Positions 12,631 through 26,661 of a DNA stretch of 64,000 nucleotides are shown piece after piece; within the stretch, counting starts at the first letter, position 1; the number at the start of each line of letters is the position of its first letter. The notes beneath the pieces are model-generated. The model did no database searches. It saw only the letters and a program-made list of their open reading frames with translations, and was not told the origin of the DNA. A program made the translations under genes and the position numbers. Source of the stretch: Lama glama (Eukaryota); contig CM052816.1 of the NCBI GenBank assembly GCA_028534125.1, positions 50,780,001-50,844,000 on the forward strand, in the 5' to 3' direction.

Positions 12631-14344
12631 AGAGTTAATACAGCTTATTTCAACTTAGAAAAAAAATTATTTTGTTGTTGATTTCCTAGGTTATCACTAC
12701 TACTGGCCAGAGGAATAAGAAAAAAATGGGATATTCTTGGGAAGGAGGCTCAAAAGTATGTTTAATTCCTGGGAAAGAACATGTTTTTCCAGAGTATGTT
12801 TTTTTCATCTAATTTTTCCTTTCTCCCCCTTCTTCTTACTTCTCAGGTTAGAAGTGGTGTGTGGAATGAGTGTGCTCTACCATTCAACTGCAGTTTCTTT
12901 CCTCCACTTGGTCCCTCATTCTGCTAACAATTACAGAGCAGCCAGATTTCTTTAAGACTCAAATACAATAATATCTGATCTTCTGCTCTAAAAATTATTT
13001 TAAAACCATTGTTTTGAGATATAAAAGGAACTCAGAGATAATTGGGCTCAATTCTTTCATTAAAATTTTAAAATATGACATTTTAAAATAATTTTTAGAC
13101 ATTCAGCAGAGTACAGAGATGTGCTATGTGCTATTGTACTGCCACTGACTGCTGTAATAGTCATTTTTGACAAATGTTAATGTTTGCCATTTTGCTTCAG
13201 ATTTTTTAAAGAATAAAAGTCTATGAAGTAGAAGACCCCAAGTCTCAGGGATCCCCATTATTCCTCAGAGATGGTCATTATATGAAATCTGTGTGTATTA
13301 TTCCTATAAGTAGATTTTTTAGTGTGTTTTTCATTCATGTGTCATAGACAAGACACCTATTAGGCCCTTTTATTGGGACCTCTCATTTCTACCATGCCAG
13401 TAAGATACATTTAAGTGTCTGGTAGAACTTGTTTGAGATTATCACCAGAGTAGATGCAATCTTCTTTAACTGTCAAGACACTTCTTCCCATCCCATCTTC
13501 CGCCCTATGCTCTTTCTCCTCTTCCCATGTACAAAAAGTCATGATCAATCCATGACACCGTGATATTCTTGTCCATTGCTGGATTTCAAATTATGCTCAG
13601 GTTAATGGAATACAGAATTGTCAACTGCACCTGGAGTCTCTAGGTGATATACTAGGATTGTTCAAGGGTTTCCTCTATAGTGTCTTCTAATCAGGTACGC
13701 ACAGAAGATTAAAAAAGCTTTGATGAAAGAGACACTTTTTAATGTTGCTCTATATTGCCAGCAAAGCATTTTGTTTTTATTTAGGCAGGACTGATGAGAT
13801 TCTTTTTTACCTTTCTTAATTTTACACGAAATATAAGTAAAAGAACTTACTTTAGGAGCAGAGTTCACCCTGGATTTTAGTCTATACTATTCTTCAACTT
13901 GGGATAGAGTGATCTACAAGCAGATTTTGCTTAAAAATGAGAGAAAATATTTCAAATATTATTTGGAGACAAAATTCAAGACGCATTGCTGTCACATTCA
14001 ACATCATCTTAAGATGGGCACTGAGAGAGTCTGAGAACATATACGTTTGTGACATAAAGTGATCTTTGACATTTGACATTTCTCTTTCCTGAAAAATTAT
14101 ATTACAATAACATTGTTTTCAAAACATTGTCTTCAAGTCAATTCCTAATGCTTTGCATTGTAGATTATTCATAAAGTCCCCTTTCCTTTTTTTCCCCCTC
14201 CTTTTTCTACTTCATTCATTATTAAATTCTGTTTAGATTCAACTACAGATGTAACATAAAATCATGGAAAATGAAAAGACTGCTTTACTTTCAATTGAAT
14301 TGCTTGTTGATTAGTTTTGCTTAACAGATTTCTGATGGCCATTG

Positions 14345-14465
14345 GAATTTAGGTACACTTAGAAAAGATCTTGTTAATAGCGTCTATTCTACAGATGAGA
14401 ACATTGAGTGCTAGGGCTAGTGAACTAACCACCATTATACTTCTAGTTATAAGCAGAATCAGAAC
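14345..14465 (-). mobile_element. MIR SINE fragment
   Basis: 'attctacagatgagaacattgag...ctagtt...gcagaatcagaact' is the antisense MIR core. Confidence 0.6.
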
Positions 14466-15080
14466 TGTGATATTGTGATTTATAAAAGGAGATATATATT
14501 TGTTCTTTGTCCCTGTTTCTGGCACAGAGCTCTAAAACCCTGGGGGTTTCCTAAGTGATGAAAGCCACAAAGGTGTATTTTGCAATGTTAATGAGGTGAC
14601 TTTGGATTCCACCTAAAGATGAGTGCTGGTTGATATGGGAGCCAACCATGTAATAGGTGGATTGGAACTTTCAGTACTACTCCTGGATTTCTGGAGAGGA
14701 GAATGGGCTGGAGGTTGAATCAATCACCAATGGTCAATGATTTAACCAATCATTCCCATGTAATGAAGCCTCCATAAAAACCCTAAAGAATGGATTCAGA
14801 GAGCTTCTGGGTTGGTGGAACATGGAGATGCTGGAGGAACAACGCACCTGTAGAGGAACTTCTAATCTATAGCACAGGGGATAACTGGGCTTATCGTTGG
14901 TGTATGAAGTGGGAGCACTGAGGGTGAGGGCATTCTTAAAGGACTGAGCCCTTCATCTGCGGAATCTGACGTTATCTCCAGGTAGTGAGTTTCAGAATTG
15001 AATTGAATTGTAGGACACCTAGCTGGTATCCGAGAATTGATGGTGTGGAGAAAGGTCACATGCACATGTTGGTGCTGGAA
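14466..15080 (+). mobile_element. MER21-family LTR with internal deletion
   Basis: Starts TGTGATATTGTG; contains 'atcaccaatggtcaatgatttaaccaatcat...gtaatgaagcctccataaaaacc' and 'tcagaattgaattgaattgtaggacacc'. Confidence 0.85.
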
Positions 15081-15544
15081 ACTTTGAATAACTTTATTGC
15101 TTTTTATTCCAAATGGTGGCAATTTACCAAATAAAGACTGCAGCTGGAACAAGACAGCTAACCTACTAGTAAATAGGTGTTAACTTTTCATGAAATAGCC
15201 AACTGGGCTTCAGAGAAATTCATAAGAGAGAAGTATTCTCTAGAATGGTCATTGGCCTGTATCATGATAGGAAAAACCACAGAGAATTGGAGACAGTGAC
15301 TGACTTAATTATTGTGTAGGACTTAGAGCTGGCAAAGAAAAAGAACACATAGGAAGTCAAAGACTATGAAGTAAGGACCCATCTCAGACATCTAAAGAGC
15401 CTCTCTGGATCTTAGTATCCTCAACCATACAATGAGTTGTGAGCATTAATTGGAGTCATGTTCAGGAAAGTGGTTTATAAACTGTGAGGAGCCATATTAG
15501 ACATCATTGACAACAAGGGCACAGCAGGGAGAAGCTGGGCCAGG

Positions 15545-15730
15545 GCACAGTTAGGAGGGCAGGCTCTGCAAAGATCACACGATTCTGACACTCGCCACCT
15601 GCACCACTGGGGGCAAAGATCTTACTCTACTGGGTCAAGTCTCTTAATTTTCCCTTGTCTGAAAAGTACAAATGGTAATGACATCCCTTACCTCCTACAG
15701 TTATATTAAGGATATAGAATGGGATGCATT
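15545..15730 (+). mobile_element. MIR SINE (diverged)
   Basis: 'gcacagttaggagggcaggctctg...caagtctcttaa...gtaatgacatcccttacctcctacagttatattaaggat'. Confidence 0.55.
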
Positions 15731-15749
15731 GTCTTTAAAAAAGTTTTAT

Positions 15750-15870
15750 TTTCCAATCCTCATTGCAACCTTGAAAATCAAGTAGAAGTAGTTTCATTTT
15801 GTAAATAAGGAAACAAAAACACTCAGAGGATAAATAATTTTGACCCAAATCTTTTCTGTACAGGTTACTA
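15750..15870 (-). mobile_element. MIR SINE fragment
   Basis: 'aatcctcattgcaacctt...cattttgtaaataaggaaac...ctcagaggataaataattttgacccaa'. Confidence 0.6.
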
Positions 15871-16109
15871 AACCACAGTGTGTGCCTACTTTTGTTTTTT
15901 TTCTTTTTCTTTTCATGATGCTCCACCACTCTGTAGTTCATTTTTAGCCTCTCCACCCACCAAACCACCTTTTTTTTTTTTTGAGAATGCACTTATGCCT
16001 GGACAATAATTCCAGCCCTGTTTATAGAGACTCAGATTAAGATTCTTTTCCTGCTTACCCTTCTCTCTTCATCATCCTCACTCCTCAGTTCATGAAATGG
16101 TGGGGAAAA

Positions 16110-16170
16110 AAGGAAAGAAAGGAAGGAAGGATGTGAAGGAAGGAGGGAAGGAGGAAGGGAGGAAGAAAGA
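16110..16170. repeat. (GGAA)n-type purine-rich simple repeat
   Basis: ggaaagaaaggaaggaagg...ggaaggagggaaggaggaagggagg. Confidence 0.85.
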
Positions 16171-17872
16171 GTAAGCAACTAAGTTTTTTAAAGATCCAGC
16201 AATTTTAGGATCTGAGTCTCTGAAGGTTAGTAATCACCAAACTGCAAGGACTAAGTCAAACTGATGTATCATTTTGTAGATGAACGTGTTTTAAGTAATA
16301 GTAACTGGAATGCAGAGAAGGCAGAGATTCCTAGTCTCAAAGTGCTCTGTATGGTCTGATGTGATGGTGAGAGGGGTCTAAAGATAAGTGAGTCAAGAAA
16401 GCTTCTTTCTGTGCAGAGCCTTCCTGAATTTACCTGAATGATTTTTCTCTTAGTGGCATTATATCTTGATTATGTTCATAATCAACACCAGAAACAGAAA
16501 GTCCCTGGAACTTCAATGTCAATTTCAAACCTCTCCAGAAAGGAAGGAATACAAATGTTTCATGTTTCTACAAAAGGGGACACAATCCATTTCTTTAAGC
16601 TAGAGCATGGCTTGCTCCCCTTCTTTTATCTTTGTCTGAGTGTGCAGGAAAGAAGCATTCTTAGCCCAGTTTTGAAGCTATTTCTAGATTTATCCCTCCT
16701 TTTTCTTGTGGAAAATAAGAGTAGTATAGGTTTATCAGACTAAGAAATTAATTCACACAGCTTCTGAAGGAGTAAAAACACTGTCCTTCCCCACCACTGT
16801 GCAGATAAAGTCTTTGGGTAGTTACTGACTGAGCCCTTTCAATCAGTGAGTCAGCCCTCCCAATGCCTCTGCCCAGACTGTCGCCATACATACACTCAAT
16901 CACAAACACTTTAAAGAAAGAGCCAGGTATTCCACAGAATGTGGCTACCAACCGGAGACTAATCCTTACTTTCTAGGGAAACAAATCTGACTTTCCACTT
17001 ACGGCACATCCATCAAATCTGACAAAGCAAATCTATCCTCTCTCTCTTTTTAAAATGATGTCTGAAAACAGTTTTTTCCTTTTTTCCCTAATTCACTGCT
17101 CTATGACATTGTCTCTCGGAGTTCTTTCTTTGCTCCCTTCTGAACAGGGAGGCCTTACCTTTCTACCAGCAAGAAGCATTCTAAGCCACAAGCATCTCTA
17201 CCCTGTTTGTTTCCAAAAAGTAGAAGGAATATTTCTGGGCTTGGTTGGAAAGAGAAACATTTGGCCATATAAATGAGTCATGCCTTTCCAAACACTGACT
17301 GAGAATTTCAAATTAAAAACCATGACAGAAGACACTGATTATTTTAAAACATTAATGGTTTGTGGACTGACATTAGAATTTTGAGATCCAATTCTTTATA
17401 AATCTTCATCTCCAACACCAAATTTTCACAGGAGGGGGAAGAATGAAGAAAGCAGATTATAAGATAAAGCTTTTGGGAACCAGATACCCTGTGTTTGTTT
17501 TCTATCACCTAGTATGAGTCAAGAAACTTAGAATCATCAGTGATTGAGTAATTTATTTTGAATGGAAGTGAGTGAATTATAGATGTTAAATTGTAGGACT
17601 CTTCTCAGAAAGATGTATTATCTCCCTCTGAGCTCATCTGAGAGAACAGTGTTTCAATTTTGTGTTGTTTACGTGTTGTACCTAAATTTGAAAAAAAAAA
17701 AGGGAAACAATCTGGCTTGGTCAAATTTTCTTGTGGTGACAGATTTTGGAAGGATGGATTTTGTATTCAGGATATGGAAAGATGCCTATTACAGCAGCAA
17801 GAAACAAACTATCAAATGTGTTTAATGGATTACCCCATTACCATTTTGGAAAGATCATAGCCCTCTCTAGAG

Positions 17873-18016
17873 CAGTGGCTGCTTGGTCATTCTTCTGAAT
17901 CACCTGGAGACATTTAAAGAAACCCTGATGCCTTGGTTCCACTCTCAGAACTTCTTAGAGAATTGGGCTGATACGCAGGGGGCTCCTTCATGTGCCACTG
18001 AAGTTGAGAACTTCTG
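17873..18016. mobile_element. MER5-family hAT-Charlie MITE with decayed 8-bp TSD
   Basis: CAGTGG...gaatcacctggag...gttgagaacttCTG; flanks ctctagag / ctccagaa (6 of 8 identical, NTCTAGAN-type target). Confidence 0.8.
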
Positions 18017-19237
18017 CTCCAGAATATGCTGTTACAGCCTCTCTCATCATGTTTTAGTCACCCAGCTGGGAAGTTCTAAGACACCTCATGATTTAAGACA
18101 CTGCATTTGCCTCAGGAACCTTCCACTGAAAAAGAATAGAAGCATTCCTGGGAACAGTGTGGATGGTGACTGAACCACCAAGAATTTATAGAGCCAAGAT
18201 GATGCAACTGTAAATACTAATGGCCATTATGAATTCTGAGTTCATCACTTCTCTCTCTCTCCCTATCTCTCTCTCACACTCACACACACATGTACACAAT
18301 AAGCACACATTTGATAAAGAATTGAAATGGAACTCCCACACTAGGAAGGAAAAAGATTAGTTAGGACATAGAGAGAAATATCTTGAAATAGGGTATCTCT
18401 CATCTTTCTTTCCACTTACTCTGGAAGTAGATGTATTGATGTTTTCCTTTGACTCCCAAAGGAAAGTGGGAAAGGACACTGAACAAGAGAATAACGCAGG
18501 TCGGCTAAGGACAGCTGGAGCAGAATGGAGTAGTGGTCACAATGGCCCCTGTAGCAGCCAAGAGGCCCCTTTCAATAGTAAGAACTTTGAAATGTTCAGG
18601 ATCATGTCCCAGACTCCTGCTCTTGGTGAACTCAACTAGCTTCATTGGGGGCCCTGGAAGGAAAGCTGTCCCGTGGAATAAGGCCCCATCCCTGATCTCA
18701 GACTGGCCCAGATTCTCAATGAGGAAATGCCAACTCACGTAAGACAGAAACCACACCATTTTACTGCAACTCAATTAAAACAGGAAAAGTAAAGGAAAAA
18801 TGACAGAAAGGCAATTTACAACACTCAGGGTAGTTCTGGATATTGATATTCAGGAAGCTTGGAAGGTCTTCCAATATTCTTCTTCCCTCAAAGCTTGCAC
18901 AGTCAACACTCTTGTTACGAAAAGGCATCTCTTATGCAAACCGACTTGGAAGATAAATGCAGATTATACACATTCTTTCTACCACTAGTCTTCTGAAACT
19001 TAGATACTTAACACAAAATATCTTGCAAAAAAAAAAGAAATTAGCATTTTTCTAACTCCATTACCAATTTTCCTAACTATAAATAATTCTGAAACTAGGA
19101 GTATTATGAGTCATAGTCAAGTTGTAAGGCAGCATTATTGTTTTTCGAGACCTGAGGAGAAACCCTTCTCTCTCTTTGCATTAACAAGGATAAAATGAGA
19201 GTTGATATGTTTCTGGCCCCTTTTTTCCTAATAGGCT

Positions 19238-19437
19238 TAATATTCAACAAAGTGTCATTGAGCATCTGTGTGCCATGTTTAGTGCCAATTCCAGGGATGA
19301 CAATGATGAAGAATATTTGATCTTCATGAGAAACAGGCCAGTGGGAGAAACAGACAGAGACCCCATAGCTGTGTAGTCAGGGCTTCAAGGCAGGTATGCA
19401 CAAATCCCTATAGAGCACAGACTCAGAAGAAACTCAA
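19238..19437 (-). mobile_element. L2 LINE 3' end
   Basis: 'attcaacaaagtgtcattgagcatctgtgtgcca' is the antisense L2 tail. Confidence 0.65.
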
Positions 19438-19446
19438 GAAAACAGC

Positions 19447-19448
<2 letters not shown>

Positions 19449-19484
<36 letters not shown>
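19449..19484. repeat. (TG)18 microsatellite
   Basis: Perfect TG dinucleotide run. Confidence 0.97.
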
Positions 19485-19491
<7 letters not shown>

Positions 19492-20459
19492 ATGTATCCC
19501 CAAGTGACCAATAATTTGGGAGAGAATGCCTACAGTGAGATCTATTTGTTTCCTTCCACAAGAAATCTTAGTATATCTTACTTTTGTTTGAAGACCAACA
19601 GTTGCCCTAAAAATTGGAAGTCTAACCACCAATGTTCTGCTCATTTCCTCAGGCTCTGCAGGCAGCAGCTGGGATACTAACAAGCTTCAGTTAAGAGCAT
19701 CTATTAGGTTTGATGCCAGATGTTGTGACATAGACACAGTTGGCTGGTTTTCTGATTACTGGTCACCATTAACTGGCTGGTGAGTCCTGACTGTGACACA
19801 CATGTAAACTAGTGCATAACCACCTGTACTCTTCACCACTGCTGCATCACCATTCTTTACTGTCTATTTCTTAATCACTGGTTATAACTGGATTCATCAA
19901 ATACCTGGATACAAGAAGTGCAAAACCTTTAAAACGATGCAATACCTACTTTTCAAATAGTTTAGGGACACAGAACTCTTTTCTTCAAGCAAAATCTTAT
20001 GAGGGAGATAAATATACAAAGCAAAATAGAGCAGGGCTTCTCTGGTTGAAAGGGAGAGGAGCTTTAAGTGCCCCCATTTACATGGATTCCACCCCAATTC
20101 TGTTCTCTAGCTGCTGTTTCCTCTCCCTCCCAGGTGACCAACTGAGGTTTGGGCTCCTCAAGATGCAGTTGGGAGGCCACTCTTCTAAGGAGAATGGATT
20201 TTTCAGGCAACACATGCAGTAACATCTTTTTGGTTGAGTTTAACTGGAGTGGAGCATCAGGCACTAACCCAAGTCCCCAGAGGTGCCACGCCATGTGCAA
20301 TGCTGGCATATCCCTGAAACTTGGAGATCCTTTCCTCATCTCCACTATGATGTCCTTACAAGTTGTTTTCAAGATTTAACAAAAAGGTTAACTTGCAAAC
20401 TTTAAGTACTGTTCAAGTATAAGGACTTCTGAAAATCTGCGGCATTGTCCCTTGGTTTA

Positions 20460-20700
20460 ACCAGGGTAGAATGAAAACAACTTTAGATCCATCAAGTTCT
20501 GCATTCCAATCCTGGTTCTGCATTTACCAAATGTGTGGTTTTGACTGGGTTATTTCACTTTCCTAGACCCTCAGTTTCCTCATTTTCAAAAATGGAGGCT
20601 GTGATGCGAAACAGGGTTATTGTGAAAGTTAAGTGACAGCAAAAAGTCCCTACCTTGCCCAATGCCTGGGACATTGTAGGTACTAGATGAAGTTCATCAG
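20460..20700 (+). mobile_element. MIR SINE, near full length
   Basis: 'ttccaatcctggttctgc...cctcagtttcctcattttcaaaaatgg...agggttattgtgaaagttaagtga...tgcctgggacattgtaggtact'. Confidence 0.85.
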
Positions 20701-23700
20701 ATCCAAATGCCTTTACTTTTAAAAGAACCACATAATTTCTCTTTAGTATGGATTTTACATCACAGCACTGCACTGTAGCAAATATATTACCAATTGTCTC
20801 ACCTGAAAAATAGTACTATATAAATGCAAATTTACTCACTCACACAATCACACATACTCATCATTATATGCCTCCTCACATCTTTCTTTCTTAAAAGCTA
20901 TTACACCTACTTTGCTATGTATAGTAACTGCCCTTAGAACTTAATGAGCAAAATTATTCATTTTTTCACCTTTTCTCTTTTTGATGGAAAAAGCTCATTT
21001 GGTCAATGGTGATTGGATGAAAGTTCATAGTCAGATTAAAATGTGGAAATGATCATATTCAGTTGTTTAAAATTAAGACCATTTACTGTTTTTTCTCTTA
21101 AACCATTATTTTAATAACATATTTTCTGCTATATGTGAGACATTTCTATATTTTCCTTATCTTATTGACAATAGATTATGAAAATCTTAGTAAAAGGAAC
21201 AAAGAAACCAGAGAAAGACCACCCTGCTATCTATCTCTTCTTTTATTTGTTTGATGACTATTTTTGAAATCTTGAAATATGTGAAATACATGTCTTGCCA
21301 AATCTTTATATGTTTTGTCACTTCCAATAAGAAATTAGATCTCACATCTGTTTCTGTTTTGAGAATACATCACTTTTTTTTAAGACATGTGAAAATCAGA
21401 AAATGAAGGGATCAGAAATCTGTTCAGAGAATTTGAGTTGGGTGTGGGGGGAGGTATATGGTAGTGTAGTAGGTCCTTGATCTGGTCAAGGTTTAACTAT
21501 TCCAGCAACCACTCGTGCCCTATTTGCAGCTTTATAGTTGTAGAAACACTGAGCCTCTCTCATCTGAGAAACTCACTGACTCTTCCATACCAGAAGGAAT
21601 TTATTTAACAAGTTGCAATCTCATGCCACTAACATAGTGTGACCTTAATTCTAATTCAAGGAAAATCAGTGATCATTTATCAAAAATTAACCTTTTTAGT
21701 TCTTGTTGGGAGAAGAGAGAATCCTTATTTCAACCCTCTTAGAGGGGCTGAATTGATGAGACAAAACATAAATTTAGTGTAATTCATAGTTTCCGGGGAA
21801 CAACTCTGGTGCTCATAATAAACCTAGAGTTGGGGAAACAGTACATTAAATGCCACAGTGTACACCTGCAACAACAAAAGTTGCGGTATGAAACTACGAA
21901 AGTGGCATTGATTAAGAATGATCCTAACATGTAGGGGAGTAAGTACACGTCCTTGGCAGGGACCTTGTTATACTATACATACATTGTTATCTTTGCAACA
22001 ATGTTCAGTGGAATAGTCACCTCTAAAAAGGACACAAATCCTTCCTTTATTCATTCTTGGAGCAAGAAGGGATGTAGGTAGGCATCAGAATGATCTGTGG
22101 CTTTTAAAAAACAACCTTGCCTGAAACTGCCTCCTCTACAAGGAAGTGGAGAACGTAGGAGTGAAATGTGCTTTTGGTCATCACTCTCCAAGTGATGACA
22201 GTGGTAACCTTATGCCTGCCCTACCCACCTCACTAAGGTTGCTTGATTGAACACTGCAGAATATACTATTATGTTGATTGTCTTTGGGTCCAGAGCTTAG
22301 AATATGCTCTTACTTCCAATATCCATCTTTTAGAAAAAAGCAAAATAAGATGACTCAATATGGTTTGTTTCAGTTGTATTTCTTTTTCAAAGACAAAAAG
22401 AGATGACTACACACTGGTTGTTTTCATCATTGGCTTATTGACGCCTAAGTATCCTAAGTAAGCAGGCAAGACCAGAGAGAATCACTTCATCAATTCCAAA
22501 TGCCCAGAATAGAAACTCTCACACTTCAGTTTGGTCTTGTGTCCCTCTGATCCAGTTGTACAACTGCGGCGGGAGTCAAGGAAGTTACCCTGGGGGCCTC
22601 ACTACTCAGAGCACATGAGAGGAGTGGCAGGCAGGCAGGCAGACACTCTAAAGCACTGCCTACTACTTGTTAAATTGCCAGCAGGCTCGACAGAGGGCTG
22701 GAGGGCAGTCCTATTATTTATTTATACTCTACCTTCTATCAAAATGAATTTCAAATGGTGTAGAAAATGATCTTACGAGCAGAAAAGGGCAATTAGAATT
22801 GTTTTTAAAATAGATTATTATGAAATAATAATGAAATGTAAAGAGAAAAGAGATGACTCTGTCAAGCTCCTAGGTAATTAGTTAGCTAATGCAATTACAT
22901 GCTAAATTTACATCTGAGTTCCCCAGCAGCCAAGGTAACAGGAAAACCTGACAGATTATAAAATTCCCTTGTCCAGAAAAGGAATTAATGAAAGGAAAGA
23001 CACTTTTTTCCAGGCACTGAACTCCAGAAAGAATTCATAAATGAGGTACTTACTTAAGAGGTACCACGTGAAATAATAGAAAATGACTTCCATTATAGTT
23101 TTAAAAATCATTCTGCAAATGGATGTTTCCATTTCATTTCTGTGGAAGCTGAAGGAATAACATTAAACTTTAACTCAATATACTTATGAGGGTAAAAGAT
23201 TAATGTGGTTCTGCCTGCAAATACCTGTGGGAATTCCTGATTTTTATATCAGGACTTGCTCTAGGGTCTGTAGCAGGTCTGAGCTAGTCTGGAAGGATCA
23301 GCTGTGAGCTATGTAATAATTTTCTAAATAAAGAGAAACATAATATTACATCTTCCAATTATTTTAAAATAATACTTTTATTATAGAAGTATGCAAACAT
23401 TGTAGATCATTAGAAAAAAATTAAAACTTCACATTGCCACCACTCAGTGATCACCACTATAAATTCTTAGGCATCTCTTTCCAGATATTCCTGCAAGTAT
23501 TGTTCTTTTTTATTCTTATTTTTTGCCAATTTGCTTCTCTTCCATCACTCATCTCCATCATTCCCTTTTAATACATTTTCATTTCAATTAATACTGGGAC
23601 CATATTTAAATTTACCCACTTGACCCTAAAACACTTTAACAGCTGGTTTATCAAAACCAGAATCCAAGAAGATTCATTTCCTCTGGTTATTAGGTTCCTT

Positions 23701-24371
23701 AGGTCTCTTATTCAAGCTCAGCTGTTTAAAAAATTATTACCTCAATTTGTTGAAGGGACAGGGCCAGTAGTCCTGCAAACTGCCTCAATGTCCAGATAAT
23801 CTGGTTATTCAGATAATCTAGTTGAGGGTCAAGGGGATGGAAAATGAAAAGATCCAGACGCCTTCTCCCATGGATCCTGGTCTAGGCCAAGAGAGAGCCC
23901 TGGGCTGTGTGTCCATTGCTCAGGAAGATTCTAAATTGCAGATGGGTTAGTCTGGGCACTATGATTAAGAAATTGTAGTCAGAGGGAAGAGGGCGGGAAG
24001 CAGGTAATGGGCCAGGGCTGAGTAGGAACCAGGTAAAGAGCTGTTTACTGGAGCATGTATATCTCAGAAAATGTGAATCAGTGGCCGTGCTGACCAGGGT
24101 CTGGCTTTCAGGACTACTGATTAAATGGGACAATTAACCCATCTGAGAGACCAAGTCACATTCCAGTGATCCTGGGAAAAGATGGAACTCCCCTCTCTGC
24201 CTGTGTTAGTGTTTGTATTTCACAGTGGCCTTTTACAAGGGGATTATTCATTCAAGGGTAGGAACTAATTCATTTCTGAACCTGCAGTATCTGGCACAAT
24301 CCCTGGCACATCAGAGAGCAGACTTCAGGGGAGTGTCTGACATTCTTGACATATAATCAAGAGCAGTTATT

Positions 24372-25039
24372 CAGGACTGTCTTAGATCCAAGCAAGAGGG
24401 GCCCTTTCTGTGAAGGGCCCTGCTCTAGTCTCCTGCAGCCCCACCCCTCCCAGAGCAGGGAGGCTTCTTTGGGCATGAGGGACGTGTCTAGCTAGGGCCT
24501 GCTCCTTGTTTCTAGACTATGCTGTAGATATATGGAACCTGGAATTTACTGCACAAAATGGCCCCAGATGCTTTTTGAAGGGTTCAAGCCAACCTCTCTG
24601 ACCTTCTGGGAGGCCCCCTGTGCCAATAACGTGTGCACTCCTAGGCCTGGAGGCTGGCCACGGGATGCCTATTTGCAGCAGTTGTGGATGGAGCCTGGAC
24701 CAGAGAGCAAAGGTGTCTACATCTGAACTCATGAGACACCTTGAGATATGGGATGGAGCTGGGCTTGAAAGAGAAGTGGGCCAGGCTTCAGGTTTGTGGG
24801 GAGAGGTGGGCAGAGACTGGACCAGCTTCCCCTATACCTCCACAATCCTGCTGGTCTTAGAGTTCGAAGTTCTAACATGGCCTTTTTTTAATCAAAGTGC
24901 ATTTGTTAAGGAAGTATGCTAGTATATTTTCTTTAAGAGTATTTTCTCTTAATGTATAATGTTTAAGCGTTTAGATAAATAGTATAGGAACTCCATTTGT
25001 ACTCTTCCCCCTGGCCTGACATCATGAGGAGTTAGTCTG
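24372..25039 (+). mobile_element. MER115/Zaphod-like hAT-Tip100 DNA transposon
   Basis: GC-rich body; right end 'tttagataaatagtataggaactccatttgtactcttccccctggcc...gttagtctg' resembles the recalled MER115 terminus. Confidence 0.65.
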
Positions 25040-26661
25040 TTGCGACTTCTTCCAGAAGGAAGCACTCTTTAGAGATAATTGGGCTTTTTTCCCCCCTGTT
25101 TTTCTATAAAGTACGTAGAGTCAGTTAATCCATCTGTAGAGCCCACAGTTCCTGAATGAATGGAGCATGAGGCTTAGAAGTCAACGAATTCAGAGAAATC
25201 CATCACAGCTCCCAAGTTCCTCTCTGAGATCATCATTATGAGGCCATTAGGGAACAAAACTTGAGTCTGAGCAACAGCTCATGGATTATCCAGGCCCCTC
25301 ACTGCTTCTTCTCTTGCTCAACTTTAAACCATTGTACTGTACTTTTCCACCTCTACCAGTATAGTATCAGGAGAAATATAAAGAAAATGGATATTAATTC
25401 CTCTGAGTTAATGTCCCTTGTAAGGGACAAGTATTGAAAGTATGAAAAATGTCAATATTTTGTTTTTATTATTCCTACTATTAAGGATATATTTCAATGT
25501 TTCTGCTTTCCATTAAAAGCTAGAGCCGAAAGCTGACTGAAGACCGATTTTAGGAGAAACATAAAATAGCTAATACACATCCAATGGATGTTTAGGAAAT
25601 CATACACTAGAGAGATGCTTTTGCAAACGAGAAGGGGGAAAATGAACATTTCTATCTTGTCAGCTATGTCATTACTGAGAGAAAAATGATATATGCCTCC
25701 TTCCATAAGGAGCAGAGCTTTTTTCAACCTGAATTACACATCTCGGCCATACCAGAGACACCTCCCCTAATAATTTTGTAAGGACAAAAGATCACGTGCC
25801 AGCAAAATTCAATCCTTAGTTTGAAATGTATTTATACATTGTAAGTGAGGTCAGAACAAAATGACTCAGCGAATGGAGGGAGAGTTTCCTTTGAAGTGTT
25901 CTGAGAATAGAGGAAGCCCTGATACTCAGATGTAAGTGCCATTTGCTTTGTGTTTTCCTCTCTCTCTCCTAAGAGAAACTATCGCAGTGGTCCTCAGACC
26001 TATATTTTATAGGAAGACTCGTAAGTGAAAACATCCGAAACTTGGGAACCTGATCCCCGTTACCAATTCTACATTTCCAAAAGGGCATTTAAAGACATCA
26101 TTGTTTGTTCCCAGTGACTAGTTAATTGCATTTTGATTTGGTAATTGCAAACAGATTCCAGTTTCTCTTTTCTATAAGCATGACAATCTTTAATATGAAG
26201 AAACCAGAGTTATATTCACAAATTCCCAAAGAGGTTCATATTAGATTCTCAGATGATTTTTTTCTCTTCTGTTATTAATGTTAGATCGGGATTTTAAAAA
26301 ATGTATAACAATGGTCATTATTGATTCAATGTTGATTTGGTCTGTTGGGAAATTGCTCAAAGATAGTGGCAGAAAAGACCACAAAAATGCTCATACTATC
26401 TTGTTTCACACTATAGATTATTTACATTTTCATGCATTCCAGACCTAGAGAAAGAAAGTATACCCACAAGAAATGGAAAAGTTTTCCTGCTGAATTGGAA
26501 AGGTCAGGGAAGTATGAGCTGTTTTTGGAAACTACTTCATTTAAGAGGGCAACTGGTCATCATCTTTGTACCATCTCTAAAGTGGAGCTACAGATTATTA
26601 GTCAAATTAGTAGGATTGTGACCAAGAAGAAACCAGTTATACAAGTCAAAGGGCTCTACCC

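Noticed and set aside
19423..19683. ORFs with THTHTH / CVCVCV repeats
   Set aside because: Translation of the (TG)18 microsatellite
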